Sequence record: DRR723986_22395
Direction: 5' to 3' (one strand)
Length of the DNA stretch: 53,066 bases
Part shown: piece after piece, positions 47,483 through 53,066 of the stretch
Layout: each line of letters begins with the position of its first letter
Numbering within the stretch: position 1 is the stretch's first letter
Made by a program: the position numbers and the translations under genes
The notes under the pieces: model-generated
Database searches by the model: none
Seen by the model: the letters and a program-made list of their open reading frames with translations, nothing else
What the model was told of the DNA's origin: nothing

Positions 47483-48077
47483 TGTAAACCACCGTTTCAT
47501 CGTCTAATTCGAAGCAAAGATTGGCACGTTTTAGACCATAAATACGTCCATTCTTCGCCTGATAATTCACGTAGATTTTACCATTTTCTCTCCAGGCTCG
47601 TTGCATACCCACCTCTTTTCCATCCACTAAATTCATTTCTTTAAACTTGACCCCCGAACTATACCACTGCTGTTGAAGTCCATGAGATTTTCCTGCGAGA
47701 AAGTTACCTGAGGAGCGCAGGTTTTTATTGCTCCACCATGATTTTACAGAACCATTTAATTTATTGTCATTGTAATGAGCTTCAAATGCTATACTGCCGT
47801 CTTCAAACCATTTCTGAAGTAATCCATTTCTCTTTCCATTGACATATTCTGTACGCTTAGCCAATACCCCATTAGCATAATAGCTCATTCCAGCTCCAGA
47901 GAAAGGTATCTTACCTAGATACATCAAACCTTCATTAGGGTGAAGAATTAGCTTTTTCTCGTGAACTTCCAGCGCTTCAACTTCAGCAAAATCTTGATCC
48001 AAACTACCGTCTTTGCTCATAAATTGCTGGTAGGTAAGTAGCATCGTCAAGAATAAGAATAGATTAATTAATTGCAT
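47475..48077 (-). CDS. MORN-variant repeat protein (YwqK-like)
   Basis: N-terminal hydrophobic segment, repeated Y/W..NG...Y..GK.NG units. Confidence 0.85.
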   Translation of the reverse strand: MQLINLFLFLTMLLTYQQFMSKDGSLDQDFAEVEALEVHEKKLILHPNEGLMYLGKIPFSGAGMSYYANGVLAKRTEYVNGKRNGLLQKWFEDGSIAFEAHYNDNKLNGSVKSWWSNKNLRSSGNFLAGKSHGLQQQWYSSGVKFKEMNLVDGKEVGMQRAWRENGKIYVNYQAKNGRIYGLKRANLCFELDDETVVYND

Positions 48078-48873
48078 TGGGAGAACCTTGATAATCGCCT
48101 GGGAATAAGATATAATACTTATTTAGGTACAATTCATTTTGAACATGGTAGTGATATTCTTCCTGGGTGTTATACTTAGTGATAGAAGTATGTCCACCTG
48201 ACGCATCTAGATCGGCTGGGTAGCTATCCGTAGACGTACATTTCCTCCCATAAAGAAGAAAGCCATCTGAGATAATTCCTATCAAATTATCATCATCATC
48301 TGAGAATGAAACTGGTTCTAAATGATAATGGTAACTCTGAGGTCCTGTGTGAGCACCATTGAAATCAAGGGAACCGGCAGCTCCGTCTAATGGGACATTT
48401 GGACCTTCTTTATCATTATAAATCACAGACCCACTCACTGCAATACCTATCGCTCCTAATCCAGTGGATGTACTAGAGAACGATTTGGTAGGTATTGCTG
48501 GCACTCTTAAAGTATAGCTTCCATTAAAGTCATCTATGTTGCCTGGAGCCATAAAGAAAAAAGAAGTCACTGTAGGCTCGACAAAAAGTGGATGATCAGT
48601 AGCCGCTGCTGGGGTAATGTGACCGTTATTGTTCCTTTCATTTGTACTTGACCAATAAGGAGAAGTGTGATTTGGCAATCCATTGGTTTCGATGATTACC
48701 TCATTTCCATCCAGCATGATTGTAGTATTACTTGAATCAAATGCGGAGAAAGCTAGGGGTAATTCAGTCAGTGTCGCCTCTGGCTCTAAATCACTGTCAT
48801 CATCGTTGGCACAGGAGATCCAAGTGACCGCCACAAGCAATAAAGGGAAAAAGCTAAGTTTGAATAGTCGCAT
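48064..48873 (-). CDS. YHYH-domain lipoprotein
   Basis: Lipobox WISC, NGLPNH, GAIGIAVSG, GAHTGPQSYHYH, DGFLLYG, LDASGGH...EYHYH. Confidence 0.9.
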   Translation of the reverse strand: MRLFKLSFFPLLLVAVTWISCANDDDSDLEPEATLTELPLAFSAFDSSNTTIMLDGNEVIIETNGLPNHTSPYWSSTNERNNNGHITPAAATDHPLFVEPTVTSFFFMAPGNIDDFNGSYTLRVPAIPTKSFSSTSTGLGAIGIAVSGSVIYNDKEGPNVPLDGAAGSLDFNGAHTGPQSYHYHLEPVSFSDDDDNLIGIISDGFLLYGRKCTSTDSYPADLDASGGHTSITKYNTQEEYHYHVQNELYLNKYYILFPGDYQGSPNAIN

Positions 48874-48899
48874 TGCTATAGTTGTTTTGTTATCACTAT

Positions 48900-48926
48900 A
48901 GACGCGGATTCCTTATCGATCCCTCG
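48900..48926 (-). promoter_or_regulatory. ECF promoter motif, copy C
   Basis: CGAGGGA TCGATAAGGAATCCG CGTCT, 26 nt before the YHYH ATG. Confidence 0.8.
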
Positions 48927-49642
48927 TTGTCCTAATAGATTTTTTTTTATGACAAAAGTCCCCCCACTCATTTTCAGCAGCTCGCGCTAAATCAATTAGT
49001 TGATTCTCAATACAAAAATCTATAATGACCTATCACTTACCCGTCAACTATACATCAGCAATTCTTTTTTGAGGCTCTCCTCATGGGTAAAAAAATAGCG
49101 CTTTAGAACGTATAAAATCCAGCAATTGATCATTAACATCCACATTTGCTATCCCAACCAGTTTTTTTAAATTATTTATCTATTTCTAAAATCTAAACTC
49201 ATGTTTCAACTCGTAAATACTTGAGTTATCCCAAGCAAATTCCCTTTAGCAGAAAGAGGGAATCAGCTATCTATGCCCAAAAGAAATCGTAAATAAATTC
49301 CCCGAATTGAGACATTTACAAGAACAAAATACTGATTATTCAATCCGACTAAATCCGATTAATATTTTAACCACTGATTTACAGATACTTATATTAATTT
49401 CAAATTCCCTAGAACACAGGCCTGAAGTTTGAGCGTAGAACACACTGTAGATCGAATAAACAAAGTCGTTAGCATATTGGCCTATTAATTCTTAAAAATA
49501 CGTCACAAGCATTGACAGCAAATTCATACTAAAAGACAATTTAAACCTAACCTAAAAAGGGGTGTTGGACTTTTCAACATCTCATTATGAAGAGTAAAAG
49601 CTTAATCACCCAAATTTTGCAATTGCTCGCAAATTTTAACTA

Positions 49643-50113
49643 ATGAAATACCCTCAAGATTTTCAACTATCCTATCCCAAATTGGGATCTGGAGTGGACT
49701 TTATTGACAGTTACGAACAGTTAATCTCCATTTTACGCGATTTAGAAAAATACGAATTAGAATTTTCGCTCGACAATTCATTGCCTTTGATTGAAGGAGA
49801 TTTGAACAATGTTCTGAAAGTTTTAAAAAAATTTATTTCTGAAACAATTTCCCAATTCAAAAGTAAACGAGGTACGGCTTTCGTAGTTTTTAAGAAGGAT
49901 TGTGATTCCTCATTTATCTCCTATCTAGTAGAAAACAAATTCTTTGGTGACAATGGAAATGTAGAATCTAATCTCGTTGATACGATCACCAAATTTCATT
50001 ATGCCATCTGTAAAGAACCACTTATGGACAATGAGAGCATAAAAACTGTTTCCCTTCAGACTCAAAACGAAGGATGGTTTGAAAATGATTCTAGAAAGAA
50101 TCTTTTAAACTAG
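49643..50113 (+). CDS. Hypothetical protein
   Basis: 156-aa ATG ORF followed by a terminator. No clear family. Confidence 0.6.
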   Translation: MKYPQDFQLSYPKLGSGVDFIDSYEQLISILRDLEKYELEFSLDNSLPLIEGDLNNVLKVLKKFISETISQFKSKRGTAFVVFKKDCDSSFISYLVENKFFGDNGNVESNLVDTITKFHYAICKEPLMDNESIKTVSLQTQNEGWFENDSRKNLLN

Positions 50114-50172
50114 GGTCCAGGTTCTTATCTGAATGCCTTTCCAGCGAATTGGATCTCAGCATTTTCGAAAAC

Positions 50173-50208
50173 AAAAAAAAGGTCAGCTAATACTAACTGA
50201 CTTTTTTT
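50173..50208. terminator. Bidirectional terminator
   Basis: A8-GGTCAG...CTGACT-T run between convergent genes. Confidence 0.65.
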
Positions 50209-50279
50209 GGTAATAAAATCATTCTATTTACAACTACCCAATAAGTACTTTTACTAAACCAGCCTATAATTCTTCCTCA

Positions 50280-52235
50280 TCAATATTCAATTATTTTAAA
50301 CTCAGTCCTTCTGTTTTCTTGATGCTGCTCATCTGTACATGTTACATTGTCACTACAAGAATTAAGGAGTTTTTCCTCGCCAAATCCAATAGCTGTAAGC
50401 CTGCTCGAATCAATTCCTGATTCTATCAAGTACGCTATAGCAGCCTTAGCTCTATTGTCTGATAGCTTAAGATTATAAGCGTTTGTTCCTCGAGAATCTG
50501 TGTGCGAATACAATTCAATCTTTATAGTTGGGTTTTCTTTGAGAATTTTTATCAGCTTGTTCAGCTCTGGCTTCGCGTCCTCACGGATATTCCATTTGTC
50601 AAAATCATAATAAATATTTTCAAGTGTATATGTCTTCCCAACTTGAATTTGCTCTAGATAGATATTTCTTACGAGGACGGAATCTTGGATTTCAGTAGCC
50701 TCCGGAATCATCACATCTCCTGTGCTTCCAGTAAGATAGCCTGTCTTTTTCCCTTCCAAATGAACTGTCTGATCGAACTTGACTTTAAACCTAAAGGACC
50801 CATCTTCCTCAGACACATACGTATTCTCTAAATGATCTTGCTCATTATAAAGTGAGACCACAGCATCGGGAAGATTCATCCCGCTCTCTTTATCGATCAC
50901 CTGTCCTTTGATTACTAAATCCTTTTTCACAATCAAATCAGCGAAATAAAGATCATCCAAGCCTCTTCCTCCTGCCCTATCAGATGAAAAAACAGCCTTA
51001 TTATCATTCCCTAGCACCAGCGATAATCCAAAATCATCCCGGTTTGAATTAATAGGACTTCCTAGATTCTCGGGCTCAGCGTAATCACCATTTACAAAGG
51101 CAGCTTTAAAAACATCTAATCCACCGAGCCCTGCATGTCCAGAGCTAGAAAAGTATAACACCCCATTCTGATCAACAAAAGGGGTTCTCTCATCTCCATT
51201 GGTATTGATTACAGAACCAAGGTTCACTGGTCTGAGCCATACTCCATTATCCCACTCAGTGTAATACAAATCAGCTTTTCCTCTGCCTCCAGGCATATCA
51301 GAGGAAAAATACAATCTGGACTGAGACGGATCATAAAAAGGATCAGAGACAGAATATGAGAAAGGATCATTAAATGAAAACGGAGTAAAGGAATCCAAAG
51401 TCACATCTCCCGTATCCAGGGCGAAATATAACTCAGGAAATAAGGTGTAGTTCCTAGCAGTTCCGGAATCCGATTTTTTGAATTTTTGTGCTTGGGTTAA
51501 CGTCAGAAATAAATTTTCTCCTACCTCATACATAGGCCCCACATGCAAATCACTTTCAAGGTTCTCGGTCTGCTTTGGATCTCCTAGAGCTGAATTCTCC
51601 TCATCATCCCAGTCCAACTCATACATTTTCAAAAAGCCATTTCCAGTCCAACCATACACATCGCTTTTCAACGCATTATTTGGATCAACTCTGGCTTTCT
51701 TTGAAATCAATCTATCAGAAGTAAAATGAAGTACTGAGTTTCCAGTAATCATGGGGCCAAACTCTGAAAAGGGTGAATTTGCATTAGAAATTGGCACAAC
51801 TGCAGCCTCGGAGGACTTATTTAGGAAGGATTTACCTCCTAGTGCAGTTTTCCAAATCAACTCCAAGTCTGACCTACTTTTAGATGGGTCAAGTTTCGCC
51901 AATACATCTGCAGCCTCAGTATACTTGGAATTTGCAATTAATGACTCGGCATAAGGCTTTAAATCCTCTGTTTCAAGTTCATCATCCCTGTCTAGTCTAG
52001 TGTACCACTCTTCAGCTTGTTCGAAATCCCTAGTTTTAAAATAAGCCTGAGCCAACCCCCGGGCTGTCTCAGGCAAGGGTGATCTATTCCAACTTTCCAA
52101 ATACTTATCAATTCCCACGGAATAGTTTAGATTTTCCGCCTGCTTTTTCCCCTCCAGATAACTTTTATAAGCAGCTGGTTTACAACTCACAAAACATAAA
52201 ATCAGGAAACAGAATATGTAAATGACTTTGTTCAT
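50280..52235 (-). CDS. PorE-like OmpA-family lipoprotein (TPR, PD40 beta-propeller, CRD, OmpA_C)
   Basis: Lipobox FVSC, LYFSSD/NLGS.IN repeats, NIYYDFDK, HTDSRG..YN..LS..RA, NRRTEF. Confidence 0.9.
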   Translation of the reverse strand: MNKVIYIFCFLILCFVSCKPAAYKSYLEGKKQAENLNYSVGIDKYLESWNRSPLPETARGLAQAYFKTRDFEQAEEWYTRLDRDDELETEDLKPYAESLIANSKYTEAADVLAKLDPSKSRSDLELIWKTALGGKSFLNKSSEAAVVPISNANSPFSEFGPMITGNSVLHFTSDRLISKKARVDPNNALKSDVYGWTGNGFLKMYELDWDDEENSALGDPKQTENLESDLHVGPMYEVGENLFLTLTQAQKFKKSDSGTARNYTLFPELYFALDTGDVTLDSFTPFSFNDPFSYSVSDPFYDPSQSRLYFSSDMPGGRGKADLYYTEWDNGVWLRPVNLGSVINTNGDERTPFVDQNGVLYFSSSGHAGLGGLDVFKAAFVNGDYAEPENLGSPINSNRDDFGLSLVLGNDNKAVFSSDRAGGRGLDDLYFADLIVKKDLVIKGQVIDKESGMNLPDAVVSLYNEQDHLENTYVSEEDGSFRFKVKFDQTVHLEGKKTGYLTGSTGDVMIPEATEIQDSVLVRNIYLEQIQVGKTYTLENIYYDFDKWNIREDAKPELNKLIKILKENPTIKIELYSHTDSRGTNAYNLKLSDNRAKAAIAYLIESGIDSSRLTAIGFGEEKLLNSCSDNVTCTDEQHQENRRTEFKIIEY

Positions 52236-52249
52236 CAGAATAGGGTTAA

Positions 52250-53066
52250 TTAAAAGAATCTTGGAGAAACCAAGCGTACACGCTTAGGAGGGAATAAGAA
52301 AGCAATTGAAATATCGTGGGTAGAAAAACTACCTACAGAAAATCCGGAAATCGTATGGTCATAAGCATACCCCAAGCGTAAACTTTCCCGGATCTGCACC
52401 TGTACCATACCAATCAAAGCAGTGGACTTTTGCAGACCTTCCTGAATTTCTCTTCCAGGCATATCAATCCCGAACCTATAGCCAGCCCCCAGCCATACCG
52501 CATCATTTATAATCAAGGCAGCATTGGCATCCAATCGAGCAGGTGCCTTAAAATCATCCATGTACATAATCGAAGGCACTAATGATAAGTTATAATTTAT
52601 ATCAAAATGATAACCTCCGGTCAAGTACAAGTGTGGCTTAGGCTGAACCATCACATCACCTTTGTCAAAATCCACAACTGATGAAAGCATCTGGTCGGCA
52701 GCTACACCTATATAATATGACTCGTCATAGAGGAATAGGCCGAGTTTTAGATCTGGATACGTAATTCTTTCCTTGCTCAATGGAATAGATGGGTCATTAT
52801 CCATATCAGGATTCAAAATCGAACCATCCAATTGGGAATTGACTACTCCAGCTCCTACACCAAAACTCAGAAACTTAGTATCACTCAGCCGCAGATGGTA
52901 AGCCAAATTACCGTAGGCTGATACTGTCCTTTGAGCTCCCAACTTATCGGTGAGGAATTGGCCACCAACCCCTAATTGAGAATCTGCTAAGTAAGTATCC
53001 CCGGCAACGGCGAAGGTTTCGGGACTTCCCGTGACACCTGTCCATTGCTTTCTATAATAAGATTGC
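52250..53066 (-). CDS. PorP/SprF-family T9SS membrane protein (5' truncated by window edge)
   Basis: The frame stays open to the window end (YRKQWTGVTGSPET). W.GAGYR, GYAYD and THDI motifs; adjacent to the PorE-like gene. Confidence 0.9.
   Translation of the reverse strand, partial: QSYYRKQWTGVTGSPETFAVAGDTYLADSQLGVGGQFLTDKLGAQRTVSAYGNLAYHLRLSDTKFLSFGVGAGVVNSQLDGSILNPDMDNDPSIPLSKERITYPDLKLGLFLYDESYYIGVAADQMLSSVVDFDKGDVMVQPKPHLYLTGGYHFDINYNLSLVPSIMYMDDFKAPARLDANAALIINDAVWLGAGYRFGIDMPGREIQEGLQKSTALIGMVQVQIRESLRLGYAYDHTISGFSVGSFSTHDISIAFLFPPKRVRLVSPRFF

Noticed and set aside
47475-48077. YwqK-type antitoxin of a toxin-antitoxin system
   Set aside because: No toxin is adjacent. The similarity reflects generic MORN-variant repeats in a YHYH/SCO operon.
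48927-49642. ncRNA or riboswitch in the long intergenic region
   Set aside because: Only short hairpins and an AATCCGA direct repeat; no extended structure or recognisable motif.
39692-50113. Integrative genomic island at tRNA-Ile2
   Set aside because: Gene content after the tRNA looks accessory, but I found no integrase, transposase or repeat of the tRNA 3' end within the window.
215-51954. Numerous short (60-140 aa) antisense or alternate-frame ORFs inside long genes
   Set aside because: Shadow ORFs of well-supported genes, with no motifs of their own.

Overview
Bacteroidota chromosomal window, probably Cytophagales/Cyclobacteriaceae (Algoriphagus-like). This is inferred from TAnnTTTG promoters, T9SS cargo proteins, a PorP/PorE-like pair and the gene content. 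Bases 1-39.8 kb are mostly housekeeping genes: feoB, a flippase, usp, an ECF sigma/anti-sigma/Spy-like triplet, mscL, oligopeptidase B, mgsA-pfkA, surE, ribBA, dnaG, mrp-nfu, an M43 protease, a PASTA protein, an S2P protease and tRNA-Ile2. This part also holds an unannotated ~190-nt 6S-like RNA and a LacI-controlled alpha-glucan locus that lacks SusC/SusD and contains fbaA. After the tRNA, a ~9-kb minus-strand block (40.2-48.9 kb) looks like a self-contained stress system. An exact ECF-type promoter motif, CGAGGGA-N15-CGTCT, occurs three times: before a YHYH-MORN-SCO-Spy operon, inside the 3' end of an ECF sigma gene ahead of its anti-sigma and a Spy-like gene, and before an unannotated 45-aa membrane peptide followed by a CotH kinase lipoprotein. 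Nested in this block is a TetR-controlled AhpD/DoxX/Tat-haloacid-dehalogenase module with two visible operators, which may read through into the sigma gene. No CRISPR array, transposase or integrase was seen. All calls come from reading motifs by eye; no database searches were run.
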